Part shown: positions 18,029-27,131 of the stretch, in pieces
How positions within the stretch are numbered: position 1 is the stretch's first letter
Layout: the number at the start of each line of letters is the position of its first letter
Notes under the pieces: generated by a model
Database searches by the model: none
What the model was told of the DNA's origin: nothing
Seen by the model: the letters and a program-made list of their open reading frames with translations, nothing else
Program-made: the position numbers and the translations under genes
Source of the DNA: Bacteroidetes bacterium GWF2_38_335
GTDB lineage: Bacteria; Bacteroidota; Bacteroidia; Bacteroidales; GWF2-38-335
Assembly (NCBI GenBank): GCA_001769535.1
Contig: MEOH01000001.1
Span: 200,040 to 264,039 of the forward strand
DNA length: 64,000 nt
Direction: 5' to 3'

Positions 18029-19426
18029 ATGGAATCAAAAAAAATAATTTTAATATTTTTCATTTTTATATTCGGTTGTTCTTTTTCACAAGATATTGAA
18101 TTTAAATATCTTGGCGGCGGATACAATCTTTCTTATTCGGCATTGCGGGGTTTTAACCGTTTTGTGGATATTTACAACAAGGATTCAGTAAAAATCGGAG
18201 GTAGTATTTTAGATGAAAAAATGGATTACCTGACAACCCCGACAGGTAAAAACCTTGCTTTTGGATTGTCAATCGGAGACGGAATATTAGATATTTCTTA
18301 TACCAAAAGAAGGGATGAATGTTCGGGGCATTATTCAATTCCTGAAGAACACTCCCGTGATTTTTTATACAAAACCGGCACCCTGGGATTTGGTTATTTG
18401 TTAAGGTCAGATGCTTCGGGCAGTAAACTGGAACTATATTATGGATTGCACCTTGATTTCAGCAGAGGCAAATTATTTACTATGCTTACCAATTTAAATG
18501 ATGATTGGGTTTCTGTAATGACCTTCGGAAACTTTGCATTCACTCCATGTGCTCAAATCTTTTTTCATCCTTTCAACGGCCCTGTGTTTTTCGGGGCAAG
18601 GGCTTACTGGCAAATGAATTGGGGTAAGGTTGATTTTTCACCAATCCATCCCCATTTTGACTACACATATGCTGCAGATGTTACTAAACCTTTAAAATCA
18701 TCAGGCGGCAACATCGGAATCATGTTTCAGGTTTTTGTAAATCCCTTTAAAATTAAACTTCCGGAAAGAAAAATTGAACCCGATGTGCCTGTACTTGCGG
18801 ATGTCAATCTGTCCGGACTTGTTAAAGATGCCGGAACCAATGCGGAAATAGGGGAAGCCACAATAAAAATTGAAAAATTCCACGAAGGACAATATATTGA
18901 GATCATTTCAACAAAAACCGGCACCGGAGTTGGCAGCTATGAGGTCACACTACCCAGAAATGCACGGTACAGAATTTCTGTCGAAGCATTTGGGTACGAT
19001 AAAAAATCTGAGGAGTTTGAACTTAACGATTACTCACCACAGGACTATAAAAAGGATTTTCTACTTCCGAAATTTCAGGTGGGCCAGACTATCGTTCTTA
19101 AAAATATTTATTTCAAAAAAGCTTCGGCTGAATTATTGTCTGAATCATATCCCGAACTGGATAAGCTCTATAAATTCATGAACATGTCGCCTACCTGCGA
19201 AATAGAAATTGCAGGACATACCAGTTCCGAAGGCAATGACGATTACAACCTGAAACTTTCACAGGATAGGGCACAGTCGGTTGTTAATTATCTAAAGGGA
19301 AAAGGTATTGCAGATAACAGGATGGTCCCCAGAGGTTACGGTGAAAAAATGCCAATTGCCGATAATGATACCGAAGAGGGAAAGGAACTGAACAGAAGAG
19401 TAGAATTTAAAATTCTTAAACAATAG
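18029..19426 (+). CDS. OmpA-family outer-membrane protein (N-terminal barrel-like region, middle CarboxypepD_reg-like domain, C-terminal OmpA domain)
   Basis: Signal peptide MESKKIILIFFIFIFGCSFSQ. C-terminus IAGHTSSEGNDDYNLKLSQDRAQSV...NRRVEFKI is the OmpA peptidoglycan-binding motif. Confidence 0.8.
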   Translation: MESKKIILIFFIFIFGCSFSQDIEFKYLGGGYNLSYSALRGFNRFVDIYNKDSVKIGGSILDEKMDYLTTPTGKNLAFGLSIGDGILDISYTKRRDECSGHYSIPEEHSRDFLYKTGTLGFGYLLRSDASGSKLELYYGLHLDFSRGKLFTMLTNLNDDWVSVMTFGNFAFTPCAQIFFHPFNGPVFFGARAYWQMNWGKVDFSPIHPHFDYTYAADVTKPLKSSGGNIGIMFQVFVNPFKIKLPERKIEPDVPVLADVNLSGLVKDAGTNAEIGEATIKIEKFHEGQYIEIISTKTGTGVGSYEVTLPRNARYRISVEAFGYDKKSEEFELNDYSPQDYKKDFLLPKFQVGQTIVLKNIYFKKASAELLSESYPELDKLYKFMNMSPTCEIEIAGHTSSEGNDDYNLKLSQDRAQSVVNYLKGKGIADNRMVPRGYGEKMPIADNDTEEGKELNRRVEFKILKQ

Positions 19427-21558
19427 TGCACCAAAAAGTTATTATATCACTGATTGCACTGATTGCTTGCATTTTTTCATTGAGAAGTGAAAAAACCGAC
19501 AGTCTGAAAAATATTATTGCAAAAAATGGTGGAAATCCTGATCTGTATCTCAAACTGGCCGATCAGTTCATTGAAAGCAATACCGATTCGGCATTGTTTT
19601 ATGCTGAAAAAGCAATGCAATCTGGATTAACGGTTAAACCTTATCAAAGAGCAAATGCATTGTTTACAATAGGAGAGGCCTACTATCAACAGGGAAATTA
19701 TGAAATTGCCCGCGATAGTTACAGAAAAGCGCTGAGCATATATGAAAGCATTGACAGTCTTCAAAAATACTCTTCGACCATAAACAATATCGGCATGACC
19801 TACGAACGGGTTGATCAATACGATACAGCTCTGGTATATTATAATAAAGCGTTAAAAATCAATCTGGAAAATAAATTTTCAATTGAGTTGGCGCACAATT
19901 ATAATAATATTGGTATGATTTATTACAATTGGGGAAAATACGATGAAGCGATCGCTTATTATAAAAGAGCCATGGCCATCGATAAAAAACTGAAAAAAAA
20001 ATCTGACCTGGCTATTGATTATAATAATATAGGATTGAGCTATTTCTATTTAAAAAACTTCGAACTGGCTCTTGACTATTTTAATAAAGCAGTTGACCTT
20101 GAAATTAGTCTGAAAAAGGAAGAAAATCTGGCTCCATATTATAATAATGTAGGGTTGGTTTATTATCAGCAAAAAAATATTGATGAAGCAATCAAATATT
20201 TTGAACTTGCACTGAAAATAAGCGAAAAACTGAAAAATGCCGAAAATGTTTCTCTGTACCTCACAAACATCGGGGCAGTTTATATTGTTTCAAAAAATGA
20301 TTTTGCTAAGGGGTTTGATTATTATAACCGCAGTATTGAATTATCTTTAAAACATGGCTTTAAAAAATCGCTTGCAGGCGCCTACCGCGCTTATTATAAG
20401 GCATACGTAAGATTAAACGATTATAAAAAAGCACTTGAGTTTTTCGAATTGCATAAAACTTATCTGGACTCCATATTTAACGAAAACAGCCAAAAGCAAA
20501 TCGATGAGTTCAAAATTAAATACGAAAGCGAGAAAAAGGAAAAGGATAATTTATTGCTGAAACAGGATAACAAACTCAAAGAAATTGAAAACAGAAAGCA
20601 AAAAACACTTATCTATGTTTTTATAGGAGGATTTGTTCTGATCCTGCTATTGTTGTTAATCATTTACAGATCGCTGAGAATTGTGAAACATCAAAAGGAA
20701 CAGATATCCGAGAAGAATGAAGAATTAAACCAACAAAATGAAGAAATTGCTGCCCAACGGGATGAGATTCAGTATCAGAAACAAACCGTTGAGGAACAAA
20801 ATAAAAATATCAACGACAGCATTCATTACGCAAAAAGAATCCAGAAAGCAGTTTTGGTACCCGACGAAGATATTACCCGTTTGCTTCGGGGACATTTCAT
20901 CCTTTTTAAACCCAGAGATATTGTGAGTGGAGATTTTTTCTGGACATCAGTAATGGGGAATAAAATAATCATTGCCGCTGCCGATTGCACCGGCCACGGA
21001 GTACCGGGTGCTTTTATGAGTATGCTGGGGGTGTCATTTTTAAACGAAATTGTTAGCAGAAATGCAGATTTGCATGCAAATGAAATCCTAAACAAACTAA
21101 GAAACCAGGTTATCAAAGCCCTGCACCAAAGTGAAAAGGAAGTTGGTACAGATGACGGAATGGATATTTCTCTTTGCATCATCAACCAGGAAGAAAAAAG
21201 CATGGAATATGCAGGAGCCAATAACCCATTGTGGCTTTTCAGAAAAGATGAAGTTATTGAATATGCCCCCGACAAAATACCTGTGGGTATTTACAAAAAA
21301 GACATTGAAAGTTATACCCTGCATAAAATTCAGTTGCTTGAAAATGATATGGTCTATCTTTTTTCTGATGGATTTGCCGACCAGTTTGGCGGAGATGGAA
21401 AACGAAAACTCATGAAATCAGGATTTAAAAATATTCTGCAAAAAATTCATAACCAGCCAACTGACATACAACGCGATGTATTGTGGACATTTTATTCAAA
21501 CTGGAAAGGAAACCTGCCGCAGGTTGATGACATTTTAGTTATCGGGATAAGAATTTAA
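19426..21558 (+). CDS. Transmembrane TPR-repeat sensor fused to a PP2C/SpoIIE-type serine phosphatase
   Basis: Signal/anchor, about 9 TPR-like units (YNNIGxxY recurring), TM helix TLIYVFIGGFVLILLLLLIIY, a coiled coil, then SGDFFW, DCTGHGVPGAFMS, DGFADQ and DDILVIGIRI. The GTG start overlaps the OmpA stop (TAGTG). Confidence 0.8.
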   Translation: MHQKVIISLIALIACIFSLRSEKTDSLKNIIAKNGGNPDLYLKLADQFIESNTDSALFYAEKAMQSGLTVKPYQRANALFTIGEAYYQQGNYEIARDSYRKALSIYESIDSLQKYSSTINNIGMTYERVDQYDTALVYYNKALKINLENKFSIELAHNYNNIGMIYYNWGKYDEAIAYYKRAMAIDKKLKKKSDLAIDYNNIGLSYFYLKNFELALDYFNKAVDLEISLKKEENLAPYYNNVGLVYYQQKNIDEAIKYFELALKISEKLKNAENVSLYLTNIGAVYIVSKNDFAKGFDYYNRSIELSLKHGFKKSLAGAYRAYYKAYVRLNDYKKALEFFELHKTYLDSIFNENSQKQIDEFKIKYESEKKEKDNLLLKQDNKLKEIENRKQKTLIYVFIGGFVLILLLLLIIYRSLRIVKHQKEQISEKNEELNQQNEEIAAQRDEIQYQKQTVEEQNKNINDSIHYAKRIQKAVLVPDEDITRLLRGHFILFKPRDIVSGDFFWTSVMGNKIIIAAADCTGHGVPGAFMSMLGVSFLNEIVSRNADLHANEILNKLRNQVIKALHQSEKEVGTDDGMDISLCIINQEEKSMEYAGANNPLWLFRKDEVIEYAPDKIPVGIYKKDIESYTLHKIQLLENDMVYLFSDGFADQFGGDGKRKLMKSGFKNILQKIHNQPTDIQRDVLWTFYSNWKGNLPQVDDILVIGIRI

Positions 21559-23363
21559 ACAATACCCATTTGCTTCATTAGCAGGGAGGCATTCATTTTT
21601 TTTGTAATGCCATTGTACAATTTGTAATCAAAAAATATTTCGGAACCATTGATTTCAATCTCAAAACACATATTTTTTATTTTCCCCGGATGAACCATTT
21701 CAAGCTCCCCAAGTGAAATATCGTGGGTAGCAATAATTCCTGAACCCTTGTGCTCAATGAGTTTTTCCATGAATGCCCTGGAACCGGTTTGTTTATCCTG
21801 TGAGTTTGTTCCCTTTAGTATTTCATCCAAAATGATAAAGCGTTCTTCCCCGTTTTTTAAAATATCTGCCAGTTCTTTCAATCGTTTAAGTTCAGCATAA
21901 AAATAGGATTCATTTTTTTGCAATGAATCACTGGTACGCATGCTTGTAAAAATCTCTACCGGATAAATCTTTGCATACGATGCACAAACAGGTACTCCAG
22001 CCATTCCAAAAACCAAATTTACCCCGACAGTACGCAAAAAGGTACTTTTGCCTGCCATGTTTGCACCGGTAATAATCTGAAAGTTACCATAATCCTCGAT
22101 GCTGAAATTATTACAAACTCTGTTTTCGGGATTAAGCAATGGATGTCCGGAATCCTTAAAAATCCATACCGGCGAGGAATCATCAATTTCAGGAAAAACA
22201 TACTCTGGATTGTTGTATGCATATCCCGACAAGCTTTCGAGTGCATCAATCTGAGCAATCACTTCAATCCACATTTTTATATTGTCGCGGTTTTTAATTT
22301 GCCATTTTTCAAGCCGCAAAACACATTGAAGATCCCATAAAAGGATAGAATTCAGAATAATACCCACAAACATATTCAAACGACTGTCAAACGCATTCAT
22401 TAATCCGGCGAGATTTCTTATATTTTGTCCGGCTCCCTCGTGATCATTATCAATACCGGCTTTAAGTGAGATAAGTAAATTTGCATAAAATGATTTTTTT
22501 TCAATCAATTCAGATAACCTGGCATATTTAAAAAGAATCTCAAGCTTTTTACCAAGTGACTGATGTATTGAATTGACTTTTCTCAGATTGGCTACTGAAA
22601 TAGTCCATTGTGCAGTCAAACATAAAGCCAGAACAGATAAGGGAAGCAATCCGGCTACCACAAGTATTAGAGAAATAATTGTAACAGTCGGAACAAAAAA
22701 AGCAATAAATCCGTATATTTTTTTTCTTAAAAAATGTGGTTCACCTGCAGCCCATTTTAAAATCGTTGCCCTGTTTTCATCTGACTCTTTGAAAATCATT
22801 CCGGTTGCAATAAACCTCTGTCTGAAATCAAGATCATTTGCCAATTCTTTCACTGCCTCCTGCCTATCGACAATCAGCTTTTTACTCTTGAGAGGCATCG
22901 ACAACATCCCGGCAAGAATTTCACTGCCTCCTGAAGTGCAGGTGCGATTGATATACTGGTAAAGCGACTCCTCTCCAAAAATATCCATATCACCTGAAAA
23001 CGGGTGATCTGAATCAACAAACTTTTTTCCGCAATCAAAGGCACTTAAATCGCGATTTAAAGCCTTCATTTCATTGTTGTTAATATCAAATAATGCGCGA
23101 GCAAAATCAAGTTTATATGATAATGCAGACGACCACCTCAGTAAAAAAATAAAAACTCCCGCAAATAAAATAAAAACAATGAAAACCGTAGCCAGATCAG
23201 TTTTCAAAGAAAAATAAAAAGCCGCAGCCCATGATAGAAAAACAACAAGTCTCAATAAAGAAACCACCCTGATTTTTTTTCTCAAACCCGATATTTCATT
23301 GGTGTAACGATCACACAATGAAGAATAAATTTCTTTTCTGCTTTCCATGTGAAATTTTATCAT
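21555..23363 (-). CDS. MutS-related protein (membrane N-terminal region plus MutS domain V ATPase; no mismatch-binding domain recognised)
   Basis: ITGANMAGKSTFLRTVGVNLVFGMAG Walker A and ILDEILKGTNSQD Walker B of MutS domain V. Hydrophobic helices near the N-terminus and around aa 215-250. Confidence 0.75.
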   Translation of the reverse strand: MIKFHMESRKEIYSSLCDRYTNEISGLRKKIRVVSLLRLVVFLSWAAAFYFSLKTDLATVFIVFILFAGVFIFLLRWSSALSYKLDFARALFDINNNEMKALNRDLSAFDCGKKFVDSDHPFSGDMDIFGEESLYQYINRTCTSGGSEILAGMLSMPLKSKKLIVDRQEAVKELANDLDFRQRFIATGMIFKESDENRATILKWAAGEPHFLRKKIYGFIAFFVPTVTIISLILVVAGLLPLSVLALCLTAQWTISVANLRKVNSIHQSLGKKLEILFKYARLSELIEKKSFYANLLISLKAGIDNDHEGAGQNIRNLAGLMNAFDSRLNMFVGIILNSILLWDLQCVLRLEKWQIKNRDNIKMWIEVIAQIDALESLSGYAYNNPEYVFPEIDDSSPVWIFKDSGHPLLNPENRVCNNFSIEDYGNFQIITGANMAGKSTFLRTVGVNLVFGMAGVPVCASYAKIYPVEIFTSMRTSDSLQKNESYFYAELKRLKELADILKNGEERFIILDEILKGTNSQDKQTGSRAFMEKLIEHKGSGIIATHDISLGELEMVHPGKIKNMCFEIEINGSEIFFDYKLYNGITKKMNASLLMKQMGIV

Positions 23364-23391
23364 GCTAAGATATATCGTTCATAAATTGATT

Positions 23392-23423
23392 AAAATAAAA
23401 AAACCACCAAAAAAAGGTGGTTT
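23392..23423 (-). terminator. Rho-independent terminator of the ferritin-like gene
   Basis: Minus strand reads AAACCACC-TTTTTTT-GGTGGTTT followed by TTTTATTTTA. Confidence 0.7.
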
Positions 23424-23460
23424 CGTTAATTATTGTTAAGGTTGATTTGTTAAAAACCGT

Positions 23461-23961
23461 TTAGAAAGGCCAAAAATCATTGTCGTTCCAAATTCTGTGC
23501 TTGAGATCCTCATCCAGTTCATGCAAAATCTGGTGATGACCCATCTCCCACTCAGCCAACCATTTATAAAACTTCTTTTCTTCGGGATCGGTAGCATTTT
23601 CGGCCTGCTGGCTGTACACTTTTACTGCACGTGTTTCAAAATCAATGGCTGCAGCTATTGCGGAAGCTTCGAAACTTGCTGCTGAAATTTTTACTTTTAG
23701 CCGTTTTGAAAGAATCTTATCAGAGGTGTTTTCAACTTCAGGATTTAAAGAAATCTTTTTAAACTCATGCGTTTTGGTAAAATGTGAAAACTGCTCTGTA
23801 AGGAATTTAATGTGTTCATCTTCCTCCTCGGCCATCGACTTAAAGAAAGTTTTCACATCAGGATCCTGAGCTTGAAAGGCAACAGTCGAATAAAATGCTT
23901 TGCCGCGTCTTTCAAGCAATATAGCTGTTTTCAGAATTTCAAGGGTTCTGTTCTGATTCAT
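23461..23961 (-). CDS. Ferritin-like di-iron protein (rubrerythrin family, no rubredoxin domain)
   Basis: Two ExxH motifs (EEEDEHIKF and EWEMGHHQIL) within a four-helix-bundle-sized 166-aa protein. Confidence 0.7.
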   Translation of the reverse strand: MNQNRTLEILKTAILLERRGKAFYSTVAFQAQDPDVKTFFKSMAEEEDEHIKFLTEQFSHFTKTHEFKKISLNPEVENTSDKILSKRLKVKISAASFEASAIAAAIDFETRAVKVYSQQAENATDPEEKKFYKWLAEWEMGHHQILHELDEDLKHRIWNDNDFWPF

Positions 23962-24052
23962 ATCTTCTGGTTTTAATTTGTATAATATTTACTTAATATC
24001 CATCACAAATATAATTAAAAATATCTATTCAAGCAAATAATTACTTAAATAC

Positions 24053-25015
24053 TTATTGCTTTTTCAATACAAATTTCATTGTCACATTATAAATTAACTG
24101 AACGGATGGGTCAACCATATTTGGATTCATCACAAAATCAAACGAATTGCTTGGATATTTGTTGTAATAAATATTTACCTGATATTCTGATTTCCTGATT
24201 TTTTTTCCACCTGCTTTTACTTGTTCTCCTTTATCATTAAAAGCTGAATAAGATGAGTACCTTTCAATGGGGTAATATGCTCCGGTTGATTCCTGAACAG
24301 TTTTATAATCTGCATTAAACACAATGCCCATTTTTTTATAGTCTTCGACTTTTCTATTCATGACTTTTATGCATTCATTACGTATTGAATCATAAACCTG
24401 ATCGAGGTTTGAAACAATATACTCAACCTTTATGATGTCGTAAATTTCATTTTTAGCAGCCTGAATAAGCAATTTTTCGGCAATGGCTTTATTGGTGAAA
24501 CGAATATGTAAATTTTTCTTGAGTTCAAATCCGGCGGGAATCTCATTGTAAGATTTGCTGAAAAGCTTTTTTTCAAGTTCCAGTTCAAAAATGGGAACCT
24601 GAGAAATAAAATCAATATAAACGTCTTTTTTACTAATTCCCAGGGCACTCAGGCTTTCAATAAAATCATTTATTCGTTTATTGATCAGTTCATGGCATGT
24701 TTCAATGGTTTCATCGGTTTGCGAAATGCCAAGGATCGCAATATAGTTATCAGCATTGGTATTGATCATTCCGCTAACACTAATCTGAATAGTTGTGTCG
24801 CTGACATAAGTCGGGTATACGGGAGGCTTATAGGCAGCCTGTTGGTAATAACCGCTGTAATCATATTCACTATTAGAATTACTATTAGAATTACTGGATA
24901 ATCTTGCCGCCTTATAGTCGCCTTTTGACTGGTTAATTACATAATTGCCCGCACCCTGTCCGAAAGACCAGGCATACGCAAACGAAAGTAAAATGATAAA
25001 AAATTTTGATTTCAT
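24053..25015 (-). CDS. Hypothetical secreted protein (weak SIMPL/DUF541-like resemblance)
   Basis: Signal peptide MKSKFFIILLSFAYAWSFGQ and an (SN)n tract. The function call rests on pattern memory only. Confidence 0.5.
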   Translation of the reverse strand: MKSKFFIILLSFAYAWSFGQGAGNYVINQSKGDYKAARLSSNSNSNSNSEYDYSGYYQQAAYKPPVYPTYVSDTTIQISVSGMINTNADNYIAILGISQTDETIETCHELINKRINDFIESLSALGISKKDVYIDFISQVPIFELELEKKLFSKSYNEIPAGFELKKNLHIRFTNKAIAEKLLIQAAKNEIYDIIKVEYIVSNLDQVYDSIRNECIKVMNRKVEDYKKMGIVFNADYKTVQESTGAYYPIERYSSYSAFNDKGEQVKAGGKKIRKSEYQVNIYYNKYPSNSFDFVMNPNMVDPSVQLIYNVTMKFVLKKQ

Positions 25016-25083
25016 AATTCAGGTTTTTAATTATTTAATTGAAAATAAAGATACAAAATAAAATTCAGTCGGTTAAGATAAAA

Positions 25084-25115
25084 GTAAAAAAAGAGGCTGT
25101 TCAATGAACAGCCTC
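25084..25115 (-). terminator. Rho-independent terminator of the DUF4476-like gene
   Basis: GAGGCTGTTC-AAT-GAACAGCCTC perfect 10-bp stem, with a T-run on the minus strand. Confidence 0.75.
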
Positions 25116-25189
25116 AATTGGAACGGGATAGAAAACACTTTATGGAATCCCTGAAAAGTTTTTATCCGTTATATATGAAAAAGCTTTTT

Positions 25190-25594
25190 TTAATCCGCAT
25201 CTTCCCCAAAAATAAAATCCTCCAGTTTATCTGCACTGCTGTTATATGTAAACGATCTGTTTACCATGAAATAATTTTCAGGATCCTGTGTGAAATGATA
25301 GGCAAACTTAGCAAGTTCAAGTTTATTTGATTCATAGGTTAGCAACTTCATCAGTTCTGCTACCTGCCATGCATCAACACCCCCGGTTCTGATATAGTTT
25401 TTTGCTATTTTAAGTCTTTTGCTGTCAAAAGGCTCATCTGTAATATAGTCGCGCAGCTCGGAAAAACCATATCTGCCATCGGAGTAATAATAGTGTTCGC
25501 CGGAAAAGCTGCAATGTCTTCCGGGTTCTGAATACTGTGCACTTGATGCCAGTGCAACTAAACAGAGTATCGGTATGTAATAAATTGCTTTCAT
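25190..25594 (-). CDS. DUF4476-like secreted protein
   Basis: Signal peptide. FDSKRLKIAKNYI...QVAELMKLLTYESNKLELAKFAYHFTQDPENYFMV resembles the DUF4476 pattern. Confidence 0.6.
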   Translation of the reverse strand: MKAIYYIPILCLVALASSAQYSEPGRHCSFSGEHYYYSDGRYGFSELRDYITDEPFDSKRLKIAKNYIRTGGVDAWQVAELMKLLTYESNKLELAKFAYHFTQDPENYFMVNRSFTYNSSADKLEDFIFGEDAD

Positions 25595-25657
25595 AATCCT
25601 TGTTTTCTTTTATGAAATCAATTTGTATGCCAATAAAATCTTTAAGGGAAATAAATA

Positions 25658-26587
25658 TCAAAAGAATTTGTAAACCATTGAATTTAATTCAACTACATCA
25701 AAAACAAATTGAAGTTTTTTTCTGATTGCACTAAATTCATGTGTTACTCCGTTCAGAAAATTATCCGAAACTTTCTTTCCGGTAATTCCATCAAACCGAC
25801 AATTAGCTATAATTCCATGTTTAACTTCCATATATATTCCATCGGGTTTGTTGGTAAATGAATAGGCAGGGGAATATCCAATATTCCATTCAAATGTTCT
25901 GTATTTTTTTTCGGCAAGTGATTCGGCCAAATCAATCAAACTCTCTTCAATCTGAAAATCCTTAAGATCTTTAAAATCATAAAACAAATATTCCTTGAAT
26001 CCTGCTATGAATTTTTCTTTGTTTAACTTTAATACTTGCGACAAATTAAAAATTTCGGTACGTGCCGAGGGCACGCCATTGTGCTCATATAGTCCGGTTG
26101 AAATTTTAAGCGCGGCCGACAGTTTATTCAAATCAGAATTAAAAAGTATTGTTCCATGGTGCAATACCCTGTTTTTAAATAAATGGGCTGCATTCCCCGA
26201 AAACTTCAATCCGTTCATTCTCAAGTTACTTTTACCTTCAAGATTAGCTTCCAAATGCAATTTGTTTAGGAAACCTGTTACCGGCGAAGTGTATTTTTTG
26301 AAATCTATAAGGTTTTCTTTAGCTCCGTTGATGATAAAAGAGTAATTGATATTGCCATAATCATGGTAGACAGTTCCTCCCCCGCTTATCCGTCGGATTA
26401 CCGGTATGTTGTTCTCATGCAAAAACCTGAAATTCATTTCGGCATAAGCCACCTGATGTTTTCCGGTTACAACAGATGGGCTGTTTATATACAGAAAAAT
26501 GAAATCATCTGTAGTGTTTTTCAGAAGAACTTCCTCCATTGCCAGATTAAAAAACGGATCGCTATTTGGTGAAAAACAGTAAAACAT
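25658..26587 (-). CDS. lplA: Lipoate-protein ligase A family protein
   Basis: RRISGGGTVYHDYGNINYSFI and GKSNLRMNGLKFSGNA motifs. Confidence 0.8.
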   Translation of the reverse strand: MFYCFSPNSDPFFNLAMEEVLLKNTTDDFIFLYINSPSVVTGKHQVAYAEMNFRFLHENNIPVIRRISGGGTVYHDYGNINYSFIINGAKENLIDFKKYTSPVTGFLNKLHLEANLEGKSNLRMNGLKFSGNAAHLFKNRVLHHGTILFNSDLNKLSAALKISTGLYEHNGVPSARTEIFNLSQVLKLNKEKFIAGFKEYLFYDFKDLKDFQIEESLIDLAESLAEKKYRTFEWNIGYSPAYSFTNKPDGIYMEVKHGIIANCRFDGITGKKVSDNFLNGVTHEFSAIRKKLQFVFDVVELNSMVYKFF

Positions 26588-26597
26588 AGGTTAAAGA

Positions 26598-26625
26598 TAA
26601 AAAAAAAGCCCCGGAATACGGAGCT
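26598..26625 (-). terminator. Terminator of the Cys/Lys-rich gene
   Basis: Imperfect stem AGCCCCG/CGGAGCT with an A-run upstream (a T-run on the minus strand). Confidence 0.55.
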
Positions 26626-26645
26626 TTTTACAAGGTTGTTTTTTA

Positions 26646-26978
26646 TTATTTACTTCCGCTGCATTTTGATTTGCAGGAAGATTCTTTTGCTTTGCTATCA
26701 GGACAACATGCTTTTTTATCAGCTTCTGGGCAGCATGCTTTTTTGTCAGCTGATTTTTCACCATGTTTGCATTTTGTTTCACCGCTTTTGCAGGTTGAAG
26801 AACATTCGCCGGTACATTTATGTTTCTTACTTTTTTTGTCCTTTTTTACTTTATCTCCATCGTCTTTTTTATCTTTTGCAACAAGCACCTTATTAACTGA
26901 ATCACTACTTGCAATAGCAGGTACTACGACGCTTCCGACAAACACAAAAAGAACTAAAATCACCAGTATTTTTTTCAT
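26646..26978 (-). CDS. Small secreted Lys/Cys-rich protein (10 Cys, two KKACCP repeats)
   Basis: MKKILVILVLFVFVGSVVVPAIA signal, then ...KHKCTGECSSTCKSGETKCKHGEKSADKKACCPEADKKACCPDSKAKESSCKSKCSGSK. Start set at 26978 because a -7 box occupies 27006-27013. Confidence 0.65.
   Translation of the reverse strand: MKKILVILVLFVFVGSVVVPAIASSDSVNKVLVAKDKKDDGDKVKKDKKSKKHKCTGECSSTCKSGETKCKHGEKSADKKACCPEADKKACCPDSKAKESSCKSKCSGSK
26701..26750 (-). repeat. 27-bp-period direct repeat encoding ADKKACCP(E/D)
   Basis: GGACAACATGCTTTTTTATCAGC (26701-26723) against GGGCAGCATGCTTTTTTGTCAGC (26728-26750), 20/23 identical. Confidence 0.85.
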
Positions 26979-27005
26979 TTTTCTAATTTTTAAAAGTTTA
27001 TAAAA

Positions 27006-27013
27006 CAAAAATA
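27006..27013 (-). promoter_or_regulatory. -7 box TATTTTTG for the Cys/Lys-rich gene
   Basis: Exact TAnnTTTG on the minus strand, 27 nt upstream of ATG 26978. Confidence 0.45.
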
Positions 27014-27050
27014 GTCTAACAAGGCAATGCTTCCTGTTAAAGCGCAGTTA

Positions 27051-27075
27051 AAAAAACTACTGTTTTCATAACAGT
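27051..27075 (-). terminator. Weak terminator after psd
   Basis: 6-bp stem ACTGTT/AACAGT, followed on the minus strand by AGTTTTTTT. Confidence 0.35.
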
Positions 27076-27131
27076 TTGTTAAAACAACACATTAATTTTT
27101 ATAAAAGATTGGCTTGAGAATTCGGTGAATA

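Noticed and set aside
26591-27003. Alternative-frame ORFs (63, 86 and 110 aa) overlapping the Cys/Lys-rich gene
   Set aside because: The low-complexity AAG/AAA/GCA-rich DNA leaves several frames open. Only the minus-strand frame from ATG 26978 has a signal peptide, a -7 box and a terminator.
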